Shown in pieces: positions 12,320-24,536 of a DNA stretch of 64,000 nucleotides. Positions within the stretch are counted from its first letter, which is position 1. The number at the start of each line of letters is the position of its first letter. Origin of the DNA: Octopus sinensis (Eukaryota). A model generated the notes under the pieces. The model was not told the DNA's origin, did no database searches, and saw nothing but the letters and a program-made list of their open reading frames with translations. Position numbers and translations under genes: made by a program. Location of the stretch: the NCBI RefSeq assembly GCF_006345805.1, contig NC_042999.1:45756001-45820000 (forward strand). The letters run 5' to 3'.

Positions 12320-13335
12320 TGACAAATAGCAAGAAAAACCTCTCAGTTGCAAATACCCAAAGAGAGCGAATAATGCCGATGTTGACAAAGCCCTTACCCA
12401 TCAGTGGTTAGTGTCTTCTGGATTAAAATCAGAAACAGAAGGGTTTATCATAGTAGCCCAAGATCAATGCCTACCTACAAGGAACTACCAGGTCAACATA
12501 TTAAAGAATGGCAGTAGCCCAATATGTCATGTATGTAAACAGCAAAATGAAACCATTGATCATGTTGTCTCCATGTGCAGTCATTCATCTTGTGCCTATA
12601 GAGTATCTCAACAGGCATGATAGAGCAGCATAGTATATTCAATTTGCAAAAACCTTGACCTGCCCCATGATAAAAATTGGTGAGTAGACAAACCACCTTC
12701 AGTGCTTGAAAATGATCACATCTCACTCCTGTGGAACTTCACTGCTCAAATAGACCGAAAGATAGATGTGAATAGGCCAGACATTATATTGAAAGACTTC
12801 AGACAAAAATCGTGCCTCCTCATTGATATGACTGTTCCAATTGACATAAATGTTATCTGTCAAGACCTACCAAAAACTGAGCAATTATAAAGCTCTTGAA
12901 ATAGAAATTGACAAAATGTGGAACCTCAAGACGAAAACAATACCTGTTGTCGTAGGTGCCCTAAGAATGATAACAAAAGGGGCTGATTGCTACCTAGCTC
13001 AGATACCAAAATGGCAGAAATTCAAAAGATAGTGCTCATGAGAACTGCCCATATCCTCTGTAATATACTGTCTATGTAATCTCAAATTTTAAAACAAACT
13101 TATAATTTTCTTGTTTTCTAAAACATTCTCTTGAACAATACTATGTGCAAAATCAAATACATGGCGGTGCCCCAGCATGGCCACAGCTCAAGAGCTGAAA
13201 CTGGAAAACATAAACATAAACATGACACCCTAGGCAAAATACCAACTTCAACTTCTGACTTGTTATCTCTTGAGGTCTCTGAGTGAGACTTGGAGTCAAT
13301 TTGAATAAATACAAAGCAAAAGTCAAACATATGAT
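12320..13335 (+). mobile_element. R4/Dong-type non-LTR retrotransposon fragment (CCHC knuckle plus REL endonuclease), frameshifted
   Basis: GLKSETEGFIIVAQDQ..PICHVCKQQNETIDHVVS.C and RPDIILKD..CLLIDMTVPID..KLSNYKALEIEIDKMW..IPVVVGAL; begins after (TAA)n. Confidence 0.85.
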
Positions 13336-13559
13336 GATTATAATAATTCTTCCTACTAAAGGCACAAGGCCTGAAATTTGGGGGAGGAGACTAGTCGATT
13401 ACAGCGATCCCAGTGTTTCACTGGCACTTAATTTATCAACCCCAAAAGGATGAAAGGCAAAGTTGACCTTGGTGGAATTTGAACTCAGAACATAGGAATG
13501 GACAAAAATGCTGCTAAACATTCTGCTCAATGTGTTAACAGTTCTCTCAGCTTGCTGCC

Positions 13560-13592
<33 letters not shown>

Positions 13593-13599
13593 GGGGGAA

Positions 13600-13965
13600 G
13601 CACTCCGTCGGTTACGACGATGAAGGTTCCGGTTGATCCAATCAACGGAACAGCCTGCTCGTGAAATTAACGTGTAAGTGGCTGAGCACTCCACAGACAC
13701 GTGTACCCTTAACGTAGTTCTCAGGGATATTCAGCGTGACACAGAGAGTGACAAGGCCGGCCCTTTGAAATACAGGTACAACAGAAACAGGAAGTAAGAG
13801 TGAGAGAAAGTTGTGGTGAAAGAGTAAAGCAGGGATCACCACCATCCCTGCCAGAGCCTCGTGAAGCTTTTAGGTATTTTCGCTCAACGCCCGGTCTGGG
13901 AATCGAAACCGCGATCCTATGACTGCGAGTCTGCTGCCCTAACCACTGGGCCATTGCGCCTCCAC
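13600..13965 (-). mobile_element. tRNA-derived SINE (family D tail, different head)
   Basis: Minus-strand head gtggaggcgcaatggcccagtggttaggg...gtttcgattcc; the 3' half matches the 3' part of the 8493-8812 copy. Confidence 0.85.
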
Positions 13966-13967
13966 TG

Positions 13968-13998
<31 letters not shown>

Positions 13999-14226
13999 TA
14001 ATAATAATAATCCATTCTGCTATGGGCACAAGGTCTGAAACTTTGGGGAAGGGAGCTAGTTGATTACATCAACCTCAGTGCATAACTGGTACTAATTTCA
14101 TCGATCCTGAAAGATGAAAAGCAAGGTCGACCGTGGCAGAAATTGAACTCAATTTGTAAAGGTGAATGAAATGCCACTAAGCTTTGTGCCTGACATGCTA
14201 ACGATTCTGCCAGCTCACCTCCATAG

Positions 14227-14259
<33 letters not shown>

Positions 14260-15149
14260 TAATAATAATAATACTAATGATGATGATGATTTCAAAGTTT
14301 TGGGGGTACAACGCCAGCAATTTCAGAGGATGGGGTAAATCAATAACATTGCCCCTAACGCTCAATGTGTATTTGTTTTATTGATCCCAAAAGGATGAAA
14401 GACACAGTTTACCTCAGTTGAGTTTGAACTCAGAACATAAAGATGATGAAATGCTGCTAAGCATTTTGCCCAGTATGCTAACGATTCTGCCAGCTTTCTG
14501 CCTTAGTAACAATAATAATAATGATGATGATGATGATCCTTTCAACTATATGCACAAGGCCTAATAAGGACAGGGCAGTTATATTTGATGATTCATGAGT
14601 TGTCACTGTAGAACTGGCAGCCTTCCTGATTTGTTATTGCTGTTGCTGTCTATTTTCTTTAAACTTTCTGAATAGAAATCCTTCAAATAGATTTCCCTTG
14701 CACATTTATTGTAGCTGTTATGTCCAACCTCAGAGTCTAAGTTTTAAGGTTTGCCTCTTGACACTCTTTGCAGGACATACTTCTGGTATTGTTTTATGAT
14801 CTTGCTGGATCATGGGGACTTTTATGTCCATAGTGACTCCATCTGACAACATATTATCAAATGTCACATCTACACTGACCCCTACCCATATTGTGCCATG
14901 AAGGTCACTGCTAACCAGGATGCAATATTGTCATTAATGGCTCTGATAGCGTTTTCCTTCCCAAGTTCTCTGAAAACAGTTTATGACTAGGTATTGCATG
15001 CTATTTGGGTTTGCTATTTTGTCACATACTTTTGTTTTTAGAATGACACGTACTCGTGTGCCTTCCTTGACTCAGTGAAGGGTATTCCTCACAAGATATT
15101 TGCTGGTACTCTCTCCAAGTTTTGCTTGGATGGGACCATCGCTGCTGCA

Positions 15150-15310
15150 CCTCCTCCCCCTCTTCATCCTCCCCTCCCCTCCTCTTCTTCTACTTCCCCA
15201 CCCCACCCCACCCTCCCCTCCCCCACCATCATCCACCTCCTCTTCCCCTTCCTCTTCTTCCCCTTCCCCCTTTTCTCCCCCTCCTCTTCCCCCTCCTCCC
15301 CACCCCCTCT
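15150..15310. repeat. C/T-rich low-complexity tract (G-rich on the minus strand)
   Basis: Almost pure pyrimidine run with many C3-C5 tracts. Confidence 0.9.
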
Positions 15311-15727
15311 CCCAGTACAAAGCCAACAATTTTAGCGGTGGTCGGTTAGTTGATGACATTAACTCCATTGCTCAACTGGTACTTAAATTTATTGGCCTTG
15401 AAAAGATGGAGGGCAAAAGTCAATTTGGACAGAATTGAACCCAGTGTAAACAGCAAGAAGAAACGCTACCAAGCATTCTGTCTGACGTGTTAACGATTCT
15501 ATCAGCCTGCCATCTTAATAATAACAATAAATAGTAATAATAATAAAAAATAATGCTAACAACAGCAGCTTGTTGCTTTGATTAATATCTTGAATTACAT
15601 ATCTCATTAAATTAAATGTTGTTTCTAACATAAGAAGTTCCATTTTCTCATTCCTTTTTATTCAAGGGTGGTGGTGTTACCAAAACAGTTGAGCATCTGT
15701 TGAAACAACTTAAGATATTTAGTTTCA

Positions 15728-15758
<31 letters not shown>

Positions 15759-16927
15759 TTCTTTCTCTCTTTCACTGACTCTGTTTATCTGTCTGTCTGT
15801 CTGTCTATCTCTTTTGTGTTCAAGTTCTGCTGTTATTGACCTTCATCCCTGGGGGTCAATAAATTCATATAATGGAGCTAATTCAATTGACTACTTCCAT
15901 CCAATATGAATTTGTGGCCTTGTGCCAATGTGAGAAAAGAAATTAGCAGAAGTTACCAAAACGAAAGTGCTTGTTGCCATCATCTTTATTGTCATTGACA
16001 TTATTATCATTATTATCTTCATTTGAAATTCAGTAGTAGTTCAGCTGATCTCATTAATTTTTTTGTCCTGCTTTTCCATTGTTATATTCCAAATTGTACC
16101 CTTTGCGAACCAATTACTTGGGGCTGTTTAAACCGTTTCTTTACATAATTTTCTTAATGAAGCTAACATGATAGTTTGTCTTGTTGGTGAGGTGAAGATC
16201 TATTAGTATATTGATTAAGCACTTGTCTGATCTTCAATGTACCATTTGTCATCTTGACTTATAGCCATTACTGCTATAATACCGAGCTCTCTATTGACTG
16301 TATGATTGCAGTTATTTAAATGTCTAAATGCCTGAGATGCATTGTTGTTAATAAGGCAATAATTTTCTGGATTATTAAATAACACTTTGGAGTGTTTATA
16401 TGCAATATTTACATAGATACAAAGACAGCTGTGTGGCTAAGATGTTTTGATATAATTTCATGTATATAAGAAGTATATAGTTTCATGTTCAATCCCACTA
16501 GTAGCACCTTGGTAAGTGTCTTATACTATATAGGTCCAACCAAAACTTTGGAGGTAGTTTGGGAGACAGGTATTACAGGAAGCCTGCTCTGTTTGTGTGT
16601 GTGTGTGTTATTCCATGCTTATCACTGGTTGAATGAAGCAGTGATGATGTTAACATTCCTTGCTTACATTATGACCAGTTGCTCTGTGCCTTTAAAGATC
16701 TTTGAAATAACAACAAAATCCCTTGAATTGAAAACAGATAAAGGGGTGATGACAGGAAATGCATCTAGCCATAAAATCCTGCCTGAAATAAGTCCCTGTC
16801 CAAATCCATGCTAACCTGAAAAAATGGATGTTGATTGTACAAGCAAATCTATACTAGGTTTCAATCTGTTTAATTATGAATTGTTTAATTTTGAATTGTC
16901 ATCAGTTGCAGGCATGGTTGTTTAATT

Positions 16928-17459
16928 CAGGGCTGTGGAGTTGGAGTCGGAAACAATTAAGGGGTAGCTGGAGTCAGAGTCAAGTAAAACTATACCAACT
17001 CTGATTCCAGCTCACAATATATTTGTTGTTTAATATAAACCAGTTATAACATATAGGCCCTGCCTAAAGTACAAGCGTATGCATATGCTTTATGAGATAT
17101 GCAGACCACAATCACTTAATTACATAAAGAGGAGTCAGAGTCGGAGGTCCCAATAGTACAAGAGTCGGTAGGCGGTGAGCTGGCAGAAACATTAGCACGC
17201 CGGGCGAAATGCTTAGCGGTATTTCGTCTGTCGTTACGTTCTGAGTTCAAATTCCGCCGAGGTCGACTTTGCCTTTCATCCTTTCGAGGTCGATAAATAA
17301 AGTACCAGTTATGCGCTGGGGTCGATATAATCGACTTAATCCGTTTGTCCTCTCTGTGTTTAGCCCCTTGTGGGTAGTAAAGAAAAAGGAGTCAGAGTCG
17401 GAGGTGCCAATAGTACAGAAGTCGGAGTCAAAGATATTTGTTTTGACTCCACAGCCCTG
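16928..17459. mobile_element. hAT-type non-autonomous element interrupted by a SINE
   Basis: TIRs cagggctgtggagt / actccacagccctg; 8-bp flanks gtttaatt / gtttgatt (7/8); internal ggagtc repeats. Confidence 0.8.
17169..17385 (+). mobile_element. SINE family B, CpG-rich (young) copy
   Basis: ggcggtgagctggcagaaac...gagttcaaattccgccgaggtcgac...gtgggtagtaaagaaa. Confidence 0.9.
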
Positions 17460-17612
17460 GTTTGATTAAGCCTGCTTTGAAACCACACTCTTCCAAATTC
17501 AGTCCTGCTGCTTTGCAATTTAGGCAAATGTCCTCTGCTGTAGCCTCAGATTGACCAATGTCTTGTGAGTGACTTTGGTGGATTGCAAGTGCACTGAAGC
17601 TTGTCACTAATA

Positions 17613-17677
<65 letters not shown>

Positions 17678-17680
<3 letters not shown>

Positions 17681-18420
17681 TAAAGACCCCACTTTCAGTC
17701 ATGAATGATCATGGAATTGCACCTAGAAAGAACTCACTGAGGCTGGAGGCATATTTTGAACCTTGCGCCTTGGTGGTGAATTGTGTGGATGAAAAGAAGA
17801 TGAAGTGGTAAGTCGTAATTTAATTAGAAACTGTGAAAACTGTGCAAAACATTTGGTTGAACTTTTTGGTTTTAAAAAAGGAAAAAGAAAAAAGTAAATC
17901 TTGTACAAACATTTGCTTAAAAATTTTAAAATTGTAAGGTGAAAGCAAAGAGGGAAGTCGCGGTTTCGAGAGGGGCTAGAAATTGTTATGTAAAGGTTTA
18001 AAGGAAAAGGAATCTATGGTTTCATCTCGCAGTGGGAGCGAGATGGTTGTCTCATTTGCATTGTTAATTTTAGTCATTTCACATTCATCCTTTCTTGTGT
18101 TTTTTGTTCCTGCATGTCTGTGTATGTCCCCTCTGTGTTTAGGCCTTTTGCCAGCAATAAAGACTTAACCTCGAGCTGAACAATTATTCTGTGCTGATGA
18201 GGGGAAATAACCCGGAAATTGCAATACACAGCTATTGTTTTGAGCTGAGTGGGGGTGTTAGATTCCCTTGTTCAAAAAATATAAGGACACAGATCATGTT
18301 GTATAGCCAGCTGGACACGATGTCTCCTGGGGCTAAATTACAGCAGCATTCATCCTAAACCAGGACTGCCCATGTTATTGTTGGCAAAAAATCTTGCTGA
18401 AATAGTAATTTTCTGACCTT
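17678..18420 (+). mobile_element. Penelope-like element-associated repeat remnant
   Basis: Starts directly after (TA)n and contains a minimal hammerhead at 18189-18231; no intact ORF. Confidence 0.5.
18189..18231 (+). ncRNA. Minimal type I hammerhead ribozyme motif
   Basis: ctgtg-CTGATGA-gggg aaataa cccg-GAAA-ttgcaa-TA-cacag: 5-bp stem I, palindrome ATTGCAAT, AUA site. The first stem II pair is G-G. Confidence 0.8.
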
Positions 18421-19398
18421 TCACTTGTTTCCATAACTAAACTGAAACTATGTTGGGGCACTGCCTTGAAAAGTTTAGTCAATTAAATTGATCCCAGTAC
18501 TTTTTTTTATGTGTGTGTATGTGTCTGTTACTTATTCTACTTGTCTCTTTTGCTGACAAGCTAAGTTGCAGGGACATAAACAAACCAACACCAACTGTCA
18601 AGTAGTGGTGGACACACACACACACACACATATGGCACATGGTTCAGTGGTTAGAGCATTGGGCTCACAATCATGAGGTAATGCTAAATTACAGCAGCAG
18701 TCATCCTGAACCAGGACTGCCATGTTATGTTGGCAAAAATCTTTACTCCAAAGTGAAAGGTCATTTGTTTCAGGATAAGTGCATAATCCAAAACTGAATG
18801 CAAATTAGGACCTTTATATTTCTGTACTTAAGTAACAACCTTCTTCTCCACTATTATTATTAAATATAATGCAGTGAGCTGGTAGAATTATTAATGTGCT
18901 GGAGAAAATGCTTAGCAGCATTCATCCATCACTATGTCCTAAGTTCAAATTCTGCTGAGGTCAACTTTGTCTTTCATCCTTTCAGGGTCGATAAATTATA
19001 TACCAGTTGAGCACTGGGATTGATATCATTGACTTGCCCTCCACTTAGAATTGCTGGCTTTTTGTCAAAATAAGAAAATATTATTAGATATAAAGATTAT
19101 TAGTTCATATTCAGTCAGGGATTATTTATATTGCCAGTAGTATGACCCCTAATAATCCTCTGTACTATAGGCACAGAGCCTGAAATTTTAGGAGGTCAGA
19201 AGGGGCTAGTTGATTGCATCAGACCCAGTCCTCAACTGGTACTTATTTCATCAACCTTGAAAGGGTGAGAGGTAAAGTCAACCTCAGCAGAGTTTGAACT
19301 TGGAATGTAAAGCTGCAAGAAATGTTGTGAAGCATTTTGTTCAGCATGCTAAACATTTCTGGTAGTTTGTTTTCTTAATAAAACAATAAAACATACCA

Positions 19399-19429
<31 letters not shown>

Positions 19430-20489
19430 TCTTAATGTCTGTTTTCCATGCTGGCATGGGTTGAATAGTTTGACCAGAGCTGGCAAACTTGAGAGCTGCA
19501 CCAGGTTCTAGTCTGATTTGGCTTGGTTTCTACAGCTTGATGCCCTTCCTAATGCCAACCACTTGACAGTTTGTGCTCGGTGCTTTTAATGTAGGTACCA
19601 GCATGAGTGCTCTTGTATGGCACCGACACGAATGCTGTTTACATTGCTGGCCCTCATTTAACAAATGATATTTTAGTCATTCACCACATTTCATGAAGAC
19701 ACCAAGCTGCAGTATCTCGTATTCCACCAAATTGCTATAACATGTATAGGGATTTCCTCCTTTTTTTTCTTACTTTGGTAACATTTTTGTATCCACTCCC
19801 CATGCAGCACTGAAAATGAATTTCCATTCTAGAACTTATTTATAATGGTATTTCTATAACAAATGCATCACATTATCAGCTTCATAGTTACATTCATAGA
19901 TATAATACATTTTCTGTAAGCCCACTTATTATATATGAATAGAGTAATTGGAAACTTGTTACTTTTACCTGTGAATAAATTACTGTCCATTTCAAACCTA
20001 TACTTCATTTATCTTAGGAAGAACAGGTGCTGTTTATCTTCATTTAGTCTGGCAATCTACCGTTTCTACTTCTTCATCATCTTGATGGTTACAATGATGT
20101 AATAATGTGTAATAATGATTAGTAAGGTGACAAATTAGTGGAGCTGACAGAATGTTGGCTAGAGTATTTGCCTTAACTTTTTTTCACTCTGTGTTCAAAT
20201 CCCAGTGAGGTTAATTTCGCCTTAGATCCTTTCAGAGTTGACAAAAAAAAAAAAAAAAAAAAAAAGGCTTGCTTTTCTACCACGTGATTTCAGGTTCAGT
20301 CCCACTGTGTGGTGTCTTGGGCAAGTGTTTTCTACTGTAGCACCCAGGCTGGCCAATGCTTTGTGAATAAATTTGGTAAATGGAACCTACATTGAATCCC
20401 ATTATTAATATATACATACATACATGTACACACACACATATATATATATAAACCAAATCAAATAGATGAACATCAATGGAATTTGTATC

Positions 20490-20882
20490 TTTGTGGTACC
20501 AGTGCCGGTGGCACATAAGAAAACCATCCGAACGTGGCCGTAGCCAGTACTGCATCAACTGGCCTCCGTGCTGTGGGCACGTAACAAACACCATCCGATC
20601 GTGGCCATTCGCCAGCCTCGTCTGGCACCTGTGTCGGTGGCACATAAAAAACACCATCCGAGCGTGGCCGTTCGCCAGCCTCGTCTGGCATCTGTGTCGG
20701 TGGCACATAAAATCACCCACTACACTCTCGGAGTGGTTGGCGTTAGGAAGGGCATCCAGCTGTAGAAACACTGCCAGATCTGACTGGCCTGGTGCAGCCT
20801 TCGGGCTCCCCAGACCCCAGTTGAACCGTCCAACCCATGCTAGCATGGAAAGCGGACGTTAAGCGATGATGATGATGATGAT
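20490..20882 (+). mobile_element. SINE family C, young copy with internal ~60-bp tandem units
   Basis: Repeated gtgccggtggcacataa..accatcc units, then ...cccatgctagcatggaaagcggacgtt followed by (GAT)n. Confidence 0.9.
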
Positions 20883-21145
20883 GATATTATTTGTCCTGTA
20901 CTCTATTTTTTCGTTGTTTAAGAAAAATGTCCAGTTCCTTGGTTTTGTGTTTATGTTTTCGTTTCTCATTGTGTTCGAAGTTTTTTTGGTGTCCTGTACC
21001 CATATATGCGTGTATATATACATGTAGAGGTAGGTATGTACATATATGTATGTATATATACATATGTTTTATTTATTAATTTATGTATGTATGTACATGT
21101 ATAGATGCATGTGTGTCTTGTATTTGGTAAACAAAGCCTACATTT

Positions 21146-21192
<47 letters not shown>

Positions 21193-21971
21193 CACATACA
21201 TATATGTACATGTATGTATGTTCATGTATATATATGTATGTATGTCTTGGCAATTAGTATTAGTTTATGTCCCTTTAGCTTAGTGGTTTGGTAAAAGAGA
21301 CCTATAGAATAAGTATAAGTACCAGACTTAAAAGTATGTCCTTGGGTTGATTTGTCTAACTGGACCCTTCAAAATGGTGCTGCAGTCCAGTGATTGAAAA
21401 AAGTAAAAGATAAAAGAAGAATGGAGGAAGGTTTGGCCAAACTGTTTTGAGAATCGGATGAGATGCCTTGTGGTGTCTCTACTAGCCTATTGTATTCTTA
21501 CAGTAATGCCTGTGATGATACTGGTGCCAAGCTATGCTGGTCCTAAAGAAGTGGCCTATCCCTTGGACAACATTCGCAGAATGGAAAGTGGGGACTTGTG
21601 TATATAAGCTTCTAGCAACCCTGTGGACCCCTGCACATGCAAAAGAGGCATATAGTCAACTCTCACAGATGGTGGGCCCCTTGTAGTCTAATGGTGGTGG
21701 TTATAATAATATTTATGCTTCTTCTCCCTTTACTATTAAGCCATAAATTTTCGAGGGTAGATATAGTGACATAGTTAGCTATTGTATTTGATGGCATATA
21801 TGACACAATTCTTTGTCAAAAAAGGAAAATGTTTCAAAAATCACTTTGGGTCCTATGTACGAAGCCTTTAGCTTTCAGTTTACTCTTTCAAATGTTATTC
21901 TTATTTATTCACATTGCTTTGACTTAATCATATATTACCTTGCAATTTCAAGATTATTATAATGTGATTGG

Positions 21972-22145
21972 GTCTGGGCAGAGTCATATTTTTTTTGTGC
22001 CTTATAATATAACACACTCACCAGTAAAATTTCCACTTATTTCTTATTTTTTTAATAAAAATAAAAATAATAAAAAATAAGTGGAAATTTTACTGGTGAG
22101 TGTGTTATATTATAAGGCACAAAAAGAAAATGACTCTCCCTAGAC
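21972..22145. repeat. Long near-perfect inverted repeat (hairpin)
   Basis: 21972-22036 is the reverse complement of 22081-22145, with a perfect core of about 45 bp and a partly symmetric AT-rich spacer. Confidence 0.9.
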
Positions 22146-23529
22146 ACAACAGAATATGCTTCAACACATGAACTCATATAAAGAATCTTGCAAACCAAAT
22201 CCAAAAACGAAACATAATGTGATTGTTTATTTTTAGATTGACAGTGTAGGGTAGTTGTGAGAGGCCTGATCTGGCTGGTTTGAACGTAAAACAGGAATAC
22301 TTTGGCTGGTTTGGGCTAAAAGGATAATGAACTAAAAGCTTTATTTTTTTTTCTTGAATATGTGCCACTGAAATTTGATTGGGTTGGGGTGCATCCAAAA
22401 TGCCATTGTGTCTTTTATGTCATCAAATATTGTAAATTTATAGAACGTAGTACTGTTAGAATTATAGTAACAGAAGAAAACTATACATTCCAATGGTTGG
22501 CATAAAATAAAGGAGAACTGTTATAGTTATCATTATTATCACTGTGTATAAAGCAGCATTTCATGTCATTATGTTCTGAGTTCAAATTCTGCTGAGGTTG
22601 ACTTTGCTTTTCATCGTTTTGGGGTTGATAAATTAAGTACCAGTTGAGTACTGGGGGGTCAATGTAATCAGCTTGTCCCCTCCCCTAAAATTTCAGGCCT
22701 TGTGCCTTCAGTAGAAAGGATTATTATTGCTATGTATCCTTCATATTTCCTACAAACTGCCTGAAATATCATGTAGATGTAACTATTGCAAATGTGCTCC
22801 ACCCTATAGATGGAAAGCTAATTGTCTTGAAAATGATAAGCATTTGCATACAGCTGTACTCCAAGAATTCAGTTACGTATGAAAATTTCAGTGTATCCTT
22901 ATTACCAGCTTCACAGAATCATTAATATTGCAGTAATTGAACTATTTGAAATAATTAAAATGTTAATGGTTTGCCCTTATATTCTCAATTCTCAACTGCA
23001 TCTATATAATATTTATCATTCTTTATTGAGCATTTGATTTTCAAATATTCACTTGTCTTGCTTACATATGGCTGGTAATTAAAATTAATTCAGGAATTGA
23101 CATCTAATCCTGTCTCATTGTGAGCAAATAAGTCTTACCCCATAGAGTCTGTTATCAGAATCACCATAATGTTTAGATTATCTTGTAAATGATTGTTCAG
23201 CAAATTGATATACCTGTGTATTTGGCTGAATTCAACTCCAATATCTCAGCTATCAAATTTCTGTTCCTTGTTAGCAAGAGAGCACTTAATTTTACTCAGT
23301 ATTGCTAATACTGTTAATCTTTTAATCTAATGTTTGCAGTTAATCTTTTGTTGTTGATTGAAACTTTGAATTATCAACACACTGAATTATTGACACTAAC
23401 ATGCTGTTTTTGCAGAAGTTGTTTGGAATATTTACTAATGTTGGAAATACATTTTATTCCTTGAGATTGAGATTTTGACATTATAGGGAAGTAAATTTAT
23501 CTTGATAACAACAGCAATAATAATTAATT

Positions 23530-24065
23530 CTCGTTTATTGGCCACAAGGGCTAACAAAAATCAAATATAACATGTAAGGACAAAATACAGGATGAAAGTT
23601 ACAAAAGGGTTTTGTCTGAGAGAAAAGTCCGTGTAAAAATGCAAGATAACAATGAAAATATAACAAGTAAAAACTCCTAATAGGGGGAGGCGCTTCGAAA
23701 GGTTACTCGTGGAAAAACCCATAAAAACCACTGGAGCCTGGTCAAAAAAGGGGGTAGAGAGCCCTTTTCTCCTTTTATATTACCTTTTTTTTCTTACAGG
23801 TCTAACCTCAGAATTGGTCCATTCATACTGGCCATTCTTCCAACATTCACCCACTTTTCAATAAATTTGCTACAAGACAGCACTTCCCTCTCTACTCTCA
23901 CCTTCTTTTTGAAGTGACACTTGAAAAAGTTGATGAGGCCTTGGCCAAAGAGGAAAGTGTCTGACTTTAGCCCTTTCAAACGGGTCCACTATACCACCTC
24001 TTTTGCTACAGCCACTAGATAGAGGAAAATTGCCTTGCCCTCCTGGTTAAAGGAGGTCAGCGGGG
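23530..24065 (-). mobile_element. Tx1/L1-like LINE 3' fragment
   Basis: Minus strand reads ..FLYLVAVAKEVVWWTRLKGL..LINFFKCHFKKKVRVEREVLS..FIEKW, resembling a Tx1-type C-terminus, followed by a UTR. Confidence 0.55.
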
Positions 24066-24274
24066 CAACAATAATAATAACCATAATTCTGACTGGGTTT
24101 CACCTGCTTGGTCATGTGCTGTTTATCTTGATATGAGATAATCATGTTATGGTCATGATGCATGTGCCTAGTGTACTCTTGTCAGACAGGTAGTCATGAT
24201 GGGTATATTAGACTTCATATATTTGTATCACAATATCATTTTGATGGCATACACTGCTCTTTTACTCAATAATA

Positions 24275-24534
24275 ATTATACTAATAATAAAGATAATGTG
24301 GAGCCTAAAAACAGAAACAATCCCTATAATAATAGGTGCATTAGGTATGATTAAAGAACATTCAGACAAATACATAACCAAAACAGCAGGACTTGAAAGT
24401 ATATATAACATACAGAAAATAGCACTACTAGGCACAGCACACATCTTATGCAAAGCACTTTCAATACAGTGAAATTAAGAGTGCCACAACAAACCACAAG
24501 GGACACAGAACTGTGCTTGGTAGCGCAGTGAAAG
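24275..24534 (+). mobile_element. R4/Dong-type LINE 3' end (tail continues at 25105-25145 after a mariner insertion)
   Basis: WSLKTETIPIIIGALGMIKEHSDKYITK..IQKIALLGTAHIL after (TAA)n. Confidence 0.8.
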
Positions 24535-24536
24535 TA

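Larger units (their letters stand above)
11120..14505 (-). mobile_element. Pile-up of family B SINE copies separated by (TAA)n
   Basis: Copies at about 11120-11210, 11480-11690, 11720-11920, 13355-13560, 14015-14220 and 14300-14505, all in the same orientation and set among (TAA)n tracts. Confidence 0.8.

Noticed and set aside
16265-16299. 35-nt exon candidate (HYCYNTELSID or ITAIIPSSLLT)
   Set aside because: The splice sites are plausible, but it cannot be linked in phase to the neighbouring candidates without unseen exons.
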